This document shows positions 1-12,137 of a stretch of DNA of 64,000 bases, piece after piece. The position numbers and the translations under genes are program-made. The stretch comes from Macrostomum lignano (Eukaryota), in the NCBI GenBank assembly GCA_002269645.1, contig NIVC01000793.1, positions 1 to 64,000 of the forward strand, written 5' to 3'. The notes beneath the pieces were generated by a model. That model saw only the letters and a list, made by a program, of their open reading frames with translations. It did no database searches and was not told the DNA's origin. Each line of letters begins with the position of its first letter. Within the stretch, counting starts at the first letter, position 1.

Positions 1-135
1 TTTAATAAAAGCCCAAATTTTGCTGTTCAAAGAAAAAATTATTAACCAGAAATAGCTTTCTCTTTTTAAGCAAATTTTGCCTTAACTTTTACTGCCGTCT
101 TAGTAGACATTGCGAAAGAAGATTGAAACCAAAGA

Positions 136-2034
136 ATGCAGGCATCTGGAAGTGGCTCGGATCTCCCAGCAGATCGGAAAATTATTCTTGCCATTGCACA
201 GGGAGACAAGGCATTCGTGGAGAATCTCTTGACAAGAGGAATGACGGCCGACAAGCTGCTCATATCAGCATCCGGTGCCCGTTCTCGCCACTGCAGGCTG
301 CCTGCATCACTGGACAGACGGCTGTTACTGAGCTGCTAATCGCATCGAAAGCCGACGTCAATTATCAGGATCAGGACGGACGATACTCCAGTCTACCTGG
401 CATCGATGCAGGGCCATCATCAAGTCGTTGATCTTTTAGTAGAAGCGAGGCAGACGTAAATCTGGTAACAAATTCCGGCACATCAGCGCTCTACATTGCA
501 GCTCAGGCTAATCATTACAAGGCAGTGAAATCGCTGATCAGCGCCAAAGCCGATGTCAATCACGCAATATAAAAATGGCGCGACACCGCTGTACATCGCG
601 TCGCAAAAAGGTCACCACCGGGTTGTTGAATTGCTCCTCAAAGCAGGACGTCAATGTTGACTGTCAGATTAACGAAGGCGCCACACCACTGTACAGCGCT
701 GTTCAGAATGGCACTTGAAAGTAGCGCGGTTGCTGCTGCAAGCGCAGGCAGACGTCAACTTGCAAGCCAACACTGGGGCAACACCTCTATCTATCGCCTC
801 GTACTTTGATCGCAGAGAAATAATGACCCTATCTCATTTAAAGCGCAAGCTGAAGTTGACCTTCAGCTGAGTACTGGTGAATCGCCACTATATTTGGCCT
901 CTCAGAATGGCCACCGTCAAACTATGCAACTGCTGATTGGAGCAATGGCCGATGTGAATTTTGGGAACGACATGGGCGAGACGCCTATTTACGCTGCATC
1001 TTTCAATCCCGGGCTTGAAACGGTGAGCCAACTCATCCAAGCCGGAGCGACGTCAATTGCCATACCAAATCGGCGAGTCACCTCTTTTCTGTTGCTTCTC
1101 TGCGCGTCACCAGTCAAATTGTGGACTGCCTTATCAAAAGCGAACGCAGACGTAATTTTCGAAACAGAAAGGTGACTCGCCTCTCTATATCGCCATCGCA
1201 GAACGGACACAATGACATTGTCAAGCTGCTTATTATAAATCGAAAGCGGAAGTCAAACCAACAAACATGTCTTGGGGCCTCGCCAATGTATATTGCGTGT
1301 CAGAAATGGACACCAGAGAGTGGTTAGCTCGCTTATCAAAGCACAGGCAGACGTTGACGCTCCGAGAGCATCTGCGAGTCCCCACTTTTGATCGCCTCCT
1401 GCAACGGTCATCATCAAGTGATTGACCTGCTCATCAAAGCGCAAGCTGACATCAATCAACAGGACAACCTTGGAGGGTCGCCTTTGTACATTGCCTCACA
1501 GAAAGGGTTCCACCAGGTGGTGGCTGCACTTCTCAAAGCACAAGCAGATGTTGATATTCAGCAAATAAATGGCGGCTCGCCCATTTACATTGCGTCGCAA
1601 CTAGGCCGTCATGCTGTGTTTAGTTTGCTCCTAAAAGCGCAAGCAAGTGTTAATCTGCAAACTGACACGGGGCTGTATCCGCTCTTTATTGCGTCACAGA
1701 ATGGTTACCATGAGCTGGTTGACTCTCTCATAGACGCTCAAGCTGACGTCAATGTCAAAGACTCCGAAGGCTGCACGCCAATCTACATCGCGTCGCAGAA
1801 CGGTCACTATGGCGTGGTGTTGTCCCTCGTCAGAGCTCATGCTGACGTTGAAGCAAGAACTGTTACTGGTGAGACTCCCCTTCTAATTGCAAGCGTCAAT
1901 GGACATCACCGAGTTGCTGCCTTGCTGGAACAAACTATTCAGACACAATATGAATCACCGTTTCTTGAGTCTGAGACAGAAAAGGCTAAGCATCAACTTA
2001 CTCATCAGGATCGTGCGGCTTTGTCAGAGTCAGA
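136..2034 (+). CDS. Ankyrin-repeat exon (about 17 repeats), N-terminal part of an ANK-cGLR gene; several frameshifts
   Basis: TPL[YL]IASxNGH-type motifs recur about every 99 nt from 280 to 1900 (clean in ORF 1388..2038, split over frames upstream). Donor GA|GTAAGA at 2035. The frameshifts may be real lesions or consensus errors. Confidence 0.85.
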
Positions 2035-2788
2035 GTAAGAGTTCGAATTTGAGTTTTTATATTAAAATAGAGCGACGTTGTACATAAAATGAAATAGAGC
2101 CCCCTAATTTTCGAATCCAAATGGCATTTAGAAGTGCTTCTCAAAGCGGTTTGTTGAAGTATTTAGTTGTTTCGCTGGCTACGCGCTTCAGCTTAGTGTA
2201 ATTGCTGCCGTCAACATGCATGCGTGGGCATTACGCTCGTACTAGGGCGGAAGAAGCACTGGAGCTACTAAAAGCAACATAAAAATTCTCATTAGGCTGT
2301 TGAAGAAATTCTCTATTTGCAATTTTACTTTGTACACGATCATTTCGCCAACTGACCGAGAATACGCACTGTTTGCTGTTGCAAGTGTACATTTCCAGTT
2401 CTAAACTCCAACCTCTGTCCCTCTTGTGCGTGATCTATGCACAATGTGCTCTTTTTAGTGTACGATGATTTCTCTCCTTCTAGACATTTTTCTCTCTGGT
2501 TTTAATCTGTATTTTTCCAAAAGCTCAATTATGTCTTTCTATCTCGCTCTATGCATTCGCTCATCTTTTAGCTCGGTTAATTTTGTCTTCCTCGTCATTG
2601 TCCTTTTTATAGTTTAGGAATGAAACGATGCCCGATGCATTAAAGCAACTAATGCAAAAAATGAACTTTATAAAATGAAAGAGACAATCAAATAGCAAAA
2701 TTAGTAGACTGAACGGGACGGAAAGTGGGGAATGGAAACGCTACGAGTAGATGTGGTCAGAATGCAATAAATAAAATATTTTCTTCAG

Positions 2789-4998
2789 GTCGATGCCGAG
2801 TGAATTGGAACTCAGTCTGCTGCTTCAATCGACGCTTACAAAAGCCGGATTTGTTAAAGCCAGAGCCGCCTTGCAGGCTGCAGTTGCCGACGCATTGCAG
2901 GGAATTTTGCGAAGCAGGAGAGACTCATTCCCAGGGATCTATATTGTCGGCAGCTACTCAGAGGGCTGGGGCAACAGCCTGACCAAAGCGGACGGGAGAA
3001 CGGACGCGGAGTCTGACATTGACGTGATGAAGCTGTTTCAGGGTCGACTCTACCACATCAGAGGTAGTTGCCAATGCTGCGATCGAAAAGAAAAGGAGCT
3101 GGTCGACTGCAAGGATGGTCATATTCGAATTGGGGGCTTTGGTAAGCAGCTGTTTATTAAATTGGAATATCATAAGGGTCTCGGCGTCATGGGCATTATC
3201 GCGGAGGTCTTTTCATATAACAGGACTATGCTCAGTCTGGATTCACGCTTAAAGCCGCAGTGTAGGCCCAATCTGTGAAAGCAATGCTTATGGTACTCGT
3301 ACCAACTCGCATGCACAGGAAGTAATAACCAGGCCAGAGTTTTTTAATCAGCACACAAGTAGACATAATTCAGTTTGTGCGACTGACTCTCTGTGCTTTT
3401 GCTCCAGTACCATATTGTACCAAACAGTTCACTAAATCTAATTTGTTATCCAATTGTTCAGTTAAAAAGTTCCAATATGAAAGCATGATCTCATAAAAGC
3501 TTATAAGACATTTAATAATCTTTATCGTTAAAACAGCAACCAATCCGGCAAAGGCCTCAAGTGGCACACCATTGAGACCTGCAGTAGATGAAGTTGACGC
3601 ATGCCGCGTCTGCTGCTATCCGCCAATCGCTCCGCTGCTGCGCATCGAATCTCTAGCTCAAATATTTCTCCGTCCGTTCTGAATACACTTCAAGGCGAGC
3701 TCAGCAAGTCACCCTGTCACGTGGTGCACGCGGCACCACCTAGACAAGCGGGAAAGCAGCTTCGTGCAGCACAACTTTCCTGGAGAAACTGCTGCTAAGA
3801 GGTCTCAGCACGTTACAGGGCCAGCTATTCGTCACTCTGAAGTACTTGGTTAAGAAAGTAATTTGCCGCAAAGACGGCTACAATTTCGAGGGGCTAAAAG
3901 CATATCACGCAAAGACAATCACTTTCAGAATGTTGGAGGAGACGCCGGCTGAGGAATGGAGACCGCAGAATTTCGTGAGTCTAATAAGACGATCGCTGCA
4001 GATGCTTCTTGACAGCATCGAACAAAACTGCACGGTGGACAATGTGGATGGTCGAATCATGGAGCACTTTTTCCTGTGCGACGCTGGTTTGTACTTGAAG
4101 GGCTTGGGTCCGAGCCATTCCGGTGCAATGACACAAACAATTCAAAGTGCTATGAATGTTTTGAGGGATGTAATTGAAAAGCTGCCCCAGATCTTGCTGA
4201 AATTTCAAAGAACGCTTCGACCGGTCAACGAATCGGGCGTATTTTACTTTCACCCTTTTCAAATTCTACCGGAACTGAGACTTCAATCCATTCAGACAGA
4301 AAACCCAGAGCTTGAGTATCACGAGATCTATGATGTAGTGGGATGGTCACTGCTTCAATTATCTCAGCAGCGGATATCCGAATCGCCAGATTCCCGACAG
4401 ACGCTCATGCAAATGATTGACAGGCTCCCGGACTGCGCTCGACAGCTCGCGAGGCTCTTAGGGCGATGATCTGTCTCAAGTTCGACGATAGAGATGGAGC
4501 ACAAAAGGTTTTGAGTGCCTGTAGGCGGCACAACGTGAGCAGAGGAATAACCTGGTCTGCGGAGAACTTAGCAATTGAAGCAACAGAGGAAGACGTGTGG
4601 CAGTATTTGCTTAGCGTTGACTCGGCATGGAAATTCTGCTTCCGATTTGATCAACGCCCCGAGCTGCCATTTCTACCTAAAGTCATTGCAGAGTACTTTC
4701 CATTTGACGTTGACAGCTACACTCAAAATGCGGTCTTCTATGTCAATTTCGACGCACTGCTGCAGAGTCTGAGACTTCTGCTGACACCCGATGACGTAAG
4801 CGTTAGACACTGGATCCAGGAGGTGTCTTGGAGTGAGGATTTCAGGAACTCGCAGTGTGCGCCGCCTTCTGCGACGACTCCAACCTGATGCAGATATTCG
4901 TGGAGAAACTGCAGCGTCAGCCACATCTCAATCGTCTGCAACAGGAGCTGAGAACTAAATTGCAAGTTTTTGCCTTGCTTCCGTGTGTGCAGTCATAG
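2789..4998 (+). CDS. cGAS-like receptor (Mab-21/cGLR nucleotidyltransferase), 2 exons (2789-3141, 3537-4998), frameshifted
   Basis: NTase motifs GSYSEGW and ESDIDVM, candidate third acid in VDEVD. Mab-21 C-terminal helices STTFLEKLLLRGLSTLQGQLFVTLKYLVKK and LKAYHAKTITFRMLEETPAEEW. Intron 3142-3536 is GT..AG and phase 1. The C-terminal frame ends RLQQELRTKLQVFALLPCVQS-TAG at 4998. Confidence 0.85.
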
Positions 4999-5394
4999 TA
5001 TAATCTATTGATTTTGTAGTTTTGAAACGTTGCATCTAATTATTTTAGATTTGGAGTTGGTCTATAGCTGGCAGCGGACACCGCACTACCTGCCGATGTT
5101 CTATTGTAAACCAGTAACCGTTTTTAACAAACAGATTTTTCCGACTTTCTTCGTTGCTAAAAGAGCTTTAGACACTACTTGAAGTAGATTAAAGTTAAAA
5201 GACTGGAAATCAATAGGCAAAAGTCTATAAACTATTTTTTTTGCTATTAGCTCGCAGCCTTAGTGTAAGCGCATTGTATGCCCGGAACTGATGTCACTAT
5301 TCGACACTATTTTGTCATTATTTCACACTTTTAAGTGCGAAATTATAGCATTTTCCAAGCCAATTGAGCCTAGGAGCATCTGGAAGTGGCTCGG

Positions 5395-8300
5395 GTCTCC
5401 CCTCAGTGTCCTTGAACCTGCCTCTTCGCTCCCCTCAGTGTCCTTGAACCTGCCTCTCCGCTCCCCTCAGTGTCCTTGAATCTGCCTCTCGGCTCCCCTC
5501 AGTGTCCTTGAATCTGCCTCTCCGCTCCCCTCAGTGTCCTTGAACCTGCCTCTCCGCTCCCCTCAGTGTCCTTGAATCTGCCTCTCCGCTCCCCTCAGTG
5601 TCCTTGAACCTGCCTCTCCGCTCCCCTCAGTGTCCTTGAATCTGCCTCTCCGCTCCCCTCAGTGTCCTTGAATCTGCCTCTCCGCTCCCCTCAGTGTCCT
5701 TGAACCTGCCTCTCCGCTCCCCTCAGTGTCCTTGAACCTGCCTCTCCGCTCCCTCAGTGTCCTTGAATCTGCCTCTCGCTCCCCTCAGTGTCCTTGAATC
5801 TGCCTCTCCGCTCCCCTCAGTGTCCTTGAATCTGCCTCTCCGCTCCCCTCAGTGTCCTTGAATGTGGCTCTCCGCTCCCCTCAGTGTCCTTGAATCTGCC
5901 TCTCGCTCCCCTCAGTGTCCTTGAATCTGCCTCTCCGCTCCCCTCAGTGTCCTTGAATCTGCCTCTCCGCTCCCCTCAGTGTCCTTGAATCTGCCTCTCC
6001 GCTCCCCTCAGTGTCCTTGAACCTGCCTCTCCGCTCCCCTCAGTGTCCTTGAATCTGCCTCTCGGCTCCCCTCAGTGTCCTTGAATCTGCCTCTCCGCTC
6101 CCCTCAGTGTCCTTGAATCTGCCTCTCCGCTCCCCTCAGTGTCCTTGAATGTGGCTCTCCGCTCCCCTCAGTGTCCTTGAATGTGGCTCTCCGCTCCCCT
6201 CAGTGTCCTTGAATCTGCCTCTCCGCTCCCCTCAGTGTCCTTGAATGTGGCTCTCCGCTCCCCTCAGTGTCCTTGAATCTGCCTCTCGGCTCCCCTCAGT
6301 GTCCTTGAATGTGGCTCTCCGCTCCCCTCAGTGTCCTTGAATGTGGCTCTCCGCTCCCCTCAGTGTCCTTGAATCTGCCTCTCCGCTCCCCTCAGTGTCC
6401 TTGAACCTGCCTCTCCGCTCCCCTCAGTGTCCTTGAATCTGCCTCTCCGCTCCCCTCAGTGTCCTTGAATCTGCCTCTCCGCTCCCCTCAGTGTCCTTGA
6501 ACCTGCCTCTCCGCTCCCTCAGTGTCCTTGAACCTGCCTCTCCGCTCCCCTCAGTGTCCTTGAATCTGCCTCTCGGCTCCCCTCAGTGTCCTTGAATCTG
6601 CCTCTCCGCTCCCCTCAGTGTCCTTGAATCTGCCTCTCCGCTCCCCTCAGTGTCCTTGAATCTGCCTCTCCGCTCCCCTCAGTGTCCTTGAACCTGCCTC
6701 TCCGCTCCCCTCAGTGTCCTTGAATCTGCCTCTCCGCTCCCCTCAGTGTCCTTGAACCTGCCTCTCCGCTCCCCTCAGTGTCCTTGAATCTGCCTCTCCG
6801 CTCCCCTCAGTGTCCTTGAATCTGCCTCTCCGCTCCCCTCAGTGTCCTTGAACCTGCCTCTCCGCTCCCCTCAGTGTCCTTGAACCTGCCTCTCCGCTCC
6901 CCTCAGTGTCCTTGAATCTGCCTCTCCGCTCCCCTCAGTGTCCTTGAATCTGCCTCTCCGCTCCCCTCAGTGTCCTTGAATCTGCCTCTCCGCTCCCCTC
7001 AGTGTCCTTGAATCTGCCTCTCCGCTCCCCTCAGTGTCCTTGAACCTGCCTCTCCGCTCCCCTCAGTGTCCTTGAATCTGCCTCTCCGCTCCCCTCAGTG
7101 TCCTTGAATCTGCCTCTCCGCTCCCCTCAGTGTCCTTGAATGTGGCTCTCCGCTCCCCTCAGTGTCCTTGAATGTGGCTCTCCGCTCCCCTCAGTGTCCT
7201 TGAATCTGCCTCTCCGCTCCCCTCAGTGTCCTTGAACCTGCCTCTCCGCTCCCCTCAGTGTCCTTGAAACTGCCTCTCCGCTCCCCTCAGTGTCCTTGAA
7301 TCTGCCTCTCGGCTCCCCTCAGTGTCCTTGAATCTGCCTCTCCGCTCCCCTCAGTGTCCTTGAATCTGCCTCTCCGCTCCCCTCAGTGTCCTTGAATGTG
7401 GCTCTCCGCTCCCCTCAGTGTCCTTGAATGTGGCTCTCCGCTCCCCTCAGTGTCCTTGAATCTGCCTCTCCGCTCCCCTCAGTGTCCTTGAATCTGCCTC
7501 TCCGCTCCCCTCAGTGTCCTTGAATCTGCCTCTCGCTCCCCTCAGTGTCCTTGAATGTGGCTCTCCGCTCCCCTCAGTGTCCTTGAATGTGGCTCTCCGC
7601 TCCCCTCAGTGTCCTTGAATGTGGCTCTCCGCTCCCCTCAGTGTCCTTGAATGTGCCTCTCCGCTCCCCTCAGTGTTCTTGAATCTGCCTCTCCGCTCCC
7701 CTCAGTGTCCTTGAACCTGCCTCTCCGCTCCCCTCAGTGTCCTTGAATCTGCCTCTCGGCTCCCCTCAGTGTCCTTGAATGTGGCTCTCCGCTCCCCTCA
7801 GTGTCCTTGAATGTGGCTCTCCGCTCCCCTCAGTGTCCTTGAATGTGGCTCTCCGCTCCCCTCAGTGTCCTTGAATGTGGCTCTCCGCTCCCCTCAGTGT
7901 CCTTGAATGTGGCTCTCCGCTCCCCTCAGTGTCCTTGAATCTGCCTCTCCGCTCCCCTCAGTGTCCTTGAATCTGCCTCTCCGCTCCCCTCAGTGTCCTT
8001 GAATGTGGCTCTCCGCTCCCCTCAGTGTCCTTGAATGTGGCTCTCCGCTCCCCTCAGTGTCCTTGAATCTGCCTCTCCGCTCCCCTCAGTGTCCTTGAAC
8101 CTGCCTCTCCGCTCCCCTCAGTGTCCTTGAAACTGCCTCTCCGCTCCCCTCAGTGTCCTTGAACCTGCCTCTCCGCTCCCCTCAGTGTCCTTGAATCTGC
8201 CTCTCGGCTCCCCTCAGTGTCCTTGAATCTGCCTCTCCGCTCCCCTCAGTGTCCTTGAATCTGCCTCTCCGCTCCCCTCAGTGTCCTTGAATGTGGCTCT

Positions 8301-8875
8301 CCGCTCCCCTCAGTGTCCTTGAATGTGGCTCTCCGCTCCCCTCAGTGTCCTTGAATCTGCCTCTCCGCTCCCCTCAGTGTCCTTGAATCTGCCTCTCCGC
8401 TCCCCTCAGTGTCCTTGAATCTGCCTCTCGGCTCCCCTCAGTGTCCTTGAATGTGGCTCTCCGCTCCCCTCAGTGTCCTTGAATGTGGCTCTCCGCTCCC
8501 CTCAGTGTCCTTGAATGTGGCTCTCCGCTCCCCTCAGTGTCCTTGAATGTGCCTCTCCGCTCCCCTCAGTGTTCTTGAATCTGCCTCTCCGCTCCCCTCA
8601 GTGTCCTTGAACCTGCCTCTCCGCTCCCCTCAGTGTCCTTGAATCTGCCTCTCGGCTCCCCTCAGTGTCCTTGAATGTGGCTCTCCGCTCCCCTCAGTGT
8701 CCTTGAATGTGGCTCTCCGCTCCCCTCAGTGTCCTTGAATGTGGCTCTCCGCTCCCCTCAGTGTCCTTGAATGTGGCTCTCCGCTCCCCTCAGTGTCCTT
8801 GAATTGCCTCTCCGCTCCCCTCAGTGTCCTTGAATTGCCTCTCCGCTCCCCTCAGTGTTCTTGAATCTGCCTCTA
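5395..8875. repeat. 32-bp minisatellite (CTCCCCTCAGTGTCCTTGAATCTGCCTCTCCG), roughly 108 copies
   Basis: Directly visible tandem unit with variants AATCTGCC / AACCTGCC / AATGTGGC. Confidence 0.97.
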
Positions 8876-9656
8876 TTAACTATTAGTGCACGTTAAGTAT
8901 CAAAGAGGTAATTTAAAATCAGGATCAATGTGTGTGCATTTTCGTTTGTTTTGTATAATATAAGTTTTAATCATGATGCGAGACTTCTGTCATTTTCCAT
9001 CAATCAGAGACAATTAAATTGTGTTGAATATTTTACTCTATTCCCATCAAATGCATTGTTTGCATTTTTCGATCATGTTATTTAAAGCCAGATTTCACTT
9101 CACCAACACTAATTGTTATTCATTAGTTTGATATCGGTTTCAAAATTTGATATCGGAGAGAGACATGTATAATTAATTTATTGCTCAATTTTTTCTCATT
9201 CAAAAAGTAGAATTGTCAGTAGAGCTACCAAAAAGGGACTTTAATAAAAAACTTAAATAACTACATAACATGGTAGCAACTTTGTCACCTGGTGCCAGTG
9301 TTGAAGCTCCAGAAGCTCTGCCTGAGTTATGGCCAGTGATCAACAAAGTCAGAGCTGATGCAGACATATGGTCGACGTGCTGATGAAACTTGGAGGCTCG
9401 GCGAGGCCAGGTTGAGACGCAGTGCTGATTGGCGCACAGGGGTGTACTGAATACACTAGCGCGCGAAAATCCGAACTTCTGGCAGAATTTTTGAATATCT
9501 CGACGTGACTATTGATGAAAAGGTGCGCAACAAAAGATTTGACCGTGTTTTTTAATTTCGTGTGCCTGCGATGCTCCGCTCCGGTGCAGAAAAATTGTCA
9601 CGGGGAAATTTCCTCTCAGGGTATCTGATGGCGTCTGAGCAAATCTCTTTTCTCCC

Positions 9657-10442
9657 TGAGCATATGGTATCCGAGCATATGGCATCTGAGCATATGGCAT
9701 CTGAGTATATGGCATCTGAGCATATGGTATCTGAGCATATGGCATCTGAGCATATGGTATCTGAGCATATGGCATCTGAGCATATGGTATCTGAGCATAT
9801 GGCATCTGAGCATATGGTATCTGAGCATATGGCATCTGAGCATATGGTATCTGAGCATATGGTATCTGAGCATATGGTATCTGAGCATATGGCATCTGAG
9901 CATATGGTATCTGAGCATATGGCATCTGAGCATATGGCATCTGAGCATATGGCATCTGAGTATATGGCATCTGAGCATATGGTATCTGAGCATATGGTAT
10001 CTGAGCATATGGTATCTGAGCATATGGTATCTGAGCATATGGTATCTGAGCATATGGTATCTGAGCATATGGTATCTGAGCATATGGTATCTGAGCATAT
10101 GGTATCTGAGCATATGGTATCTGAGCATATGGTATCTGAGCATATGGTATCTGAGCATATGGTATCTGAGCATATGGTATCTGAGCATATGGTATCTGAG
10201 CATATGGTATCTGAGCATATGGTATCTGAGCATATAATATCTGAGCATATGATATCTGAGCATATGGTATCTGAGCATATAATATCTGAGCATATGGTAT
10301 CTGAGCATATAATATCTGAGCATATGGTATCTGAGCATATAATATCTGAGCATATGATATCTGAGCATATGGTATCTGAGCATATAATATCTGAGCATAT
10401 GGTATCTGAGCATATAATATCTGAGCATATGGTATCTGAGTA
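9657..10442. repeat. 15-bp minisatellite (GAGCATATGGTATCT), about 52 copies
   Basis: Directly visible. It explains the four overlapping repetitive ORFs in the track. Confidence 0.97.
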
Positions 10443-11103
10443 TATATGGCCATTTAAAAAAAACTGCACTCATTGGTACATATATGTGGTTTAAATCTTC
10501 GGAACAGAAGAGTATAATTAAAACGTGCATACAAACGCGATAAAAAATAGATAACACAGGTTCAAACTGGTTTCAGCTCACACAGTTAATCTATAAACCA
10601 AGCGACCCTGCAAGTTGTAAATAAGTTTTTAAGTAGACAGTTTGAAAACACGCCCAAGTCCAAACGTAGCATTGAACTCTACTGCGAACTCTTATAGCAA
10701 TTTCAGTTGAGAACAGAGCCTGCTGCTCATAACTCTCCAGACCAGCTAGCGCCACTGGGCATGTTGCGACTCAAACCAGCGCAATTTTAGCTATTGTCCT
10801 CAAACTACTTGAGAAGCTCAATAAGTGCTATCTATAATACATTGCATGCAGGCAACAAATTCAATGCAAAGCTGAGCTACTCTCGAATGGACTGTCAAAG
10901 AATAAGGCCAATAGCATTCAAGTTCAATTCCCTCAGGGCCTTGGCAATGAGTGGAGAATGGACAATAAAACCAATAGATGGCTAGGACAGTCGGGGTTAA
11001 GGGTTTAACCATTGAAGGAAATTTTTAAAGACCGGAGCACGTGAAGGGGACACAGCGGACCCCCCGCGTTCCAGCGACCGGAAAAACGTGCTGATTTCTA
11101 CAC

Positions 11104-11111
11104 TATAAATA
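11104..11111 (+). promoter_or_regulatory. TATA box of the peptide precursor gene
   Basis: TATAAATA about 100 nt upstream of ATG 11209. Confidence 0.65.
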
Positions 11112-11208
11112 CAGGGTCCTTGGATGCCCAGCGGACAACCAAGCAGCCAAGGCTAGATAACTCTACTCCAGCTTCTCAGCTTCATCAGGCTACAGCTACA
11201 AGTTCATC

Positions 11209-11445
11209 ATGAGGTGGCAGTTCGTTCTCGGACTCCTGCTGTGCGCAGCTCTGGCCGCCGCCAGACCCAGCAGCCAGGAGATGTCGGAGGAGGACGCGGA
11301 GGCGATGGCGGCGCTGGAGGCTCTGGCCGACATGGACGAGCCGGAGATGACGGACGAGAAGGCCGCTGAGCTGCAGAAGAAATTCCGCATCAGGATCAGG
11401 TGGGGGAGGGTTGCCAGAACTATGTTGAGGCTCATTGGCAAGTAA
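11209..11445 (+). CDS. Secreted prepro-peptide, probable cationic antimicrobial peptide precursor (78 aa)
   Basis: Hydrophobic signal peptide MRWQFVLGLLLCAALAAA; acidic spacer with 13 D/E; KK site; Arg-rich C-terminus FRIRIRWGRVARTMLRLI-GK. GC-rich coding sequence in AT-rich flanks, upstream TATA, AATAAA at 11808. Confidence 0.85.
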   Translation: MRWQFVLGLLLCAALAAARPSSQEMSEEDAEAMAALEALADMDEPEMTDEKAAELQKKFRIRIRWGRVARTMLRLIGK

Positions 11446-12137
11446 GTAGACTTGCAGGCAGGTACTCCGCTGCACCCACTGACCTCGGACACGGACCGGA
11501 CACCGCCCATGATTGCCGAATTTCAACTCTGGGACTCAATCTGAATATTTGTAGTTGCTAACTATGTACTTTATTGTTGGCTGAAATATATAATATTAAC
11601 TGCTCTGGAATTAATTTTGTACCTGAACAAATTACTACAGACAAAAACTTAAAATCTTTTTCGAGTTTTGAGTTCCAAATTATTCAATTCATTAGCATTG
11701 GTATATGCGGTCTAGAGACCCGCAGCTTTGATTCATTCAAGCTGAGCAATTTACTCAGCATTTCAAGTACTCATTTATTAAGGCCAATCATTTTTATTGC
11801 AGCAAGCAATAAAATTTACATTAATTTTTTTAACATCAGTACAAAACATCAGTCAGACTTACTCGACGTACAGAAAGTTTATTTAGCAGCAACGCTGAAA
11901 TCGAAGGCTCATTTTAGGCATGGATCCAGCTAGTCACAAAATGACTCAGTAGAATCATGAGCTGGTGTGTAAACTAATGAATAACAATTCGTGTTGGTGA
12001 AGTGAATTCTGGCTTTGAATAACATGATCGAAAAATGCAAACAATGCATTTGATGCGAATAGAGTAAAATATTCTCAGAAGTCTCGCATCATGATCAAAA
12101 CTTTCATTATACAAGCAAAACAAACGGAAATGCACAT

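Noticed and set aside
5395-8875. CRISPR-like 32-bp repeats
   Set aside because: Units are head-to-tail with no unique spacers, there are no cas genes, and the context is eukaryotic.
9509-10557. Four 305-314 aa repetitive ORFs
   Set aside because: They arise from a stop-free 15-bp minisatellite open in several frames on both strands.
11010-11060. NF-kB-like site upstream of the peptide gene
   Set aside because: GGAAATTTTT is a poor match and expected by chance in AT-rich DNA.
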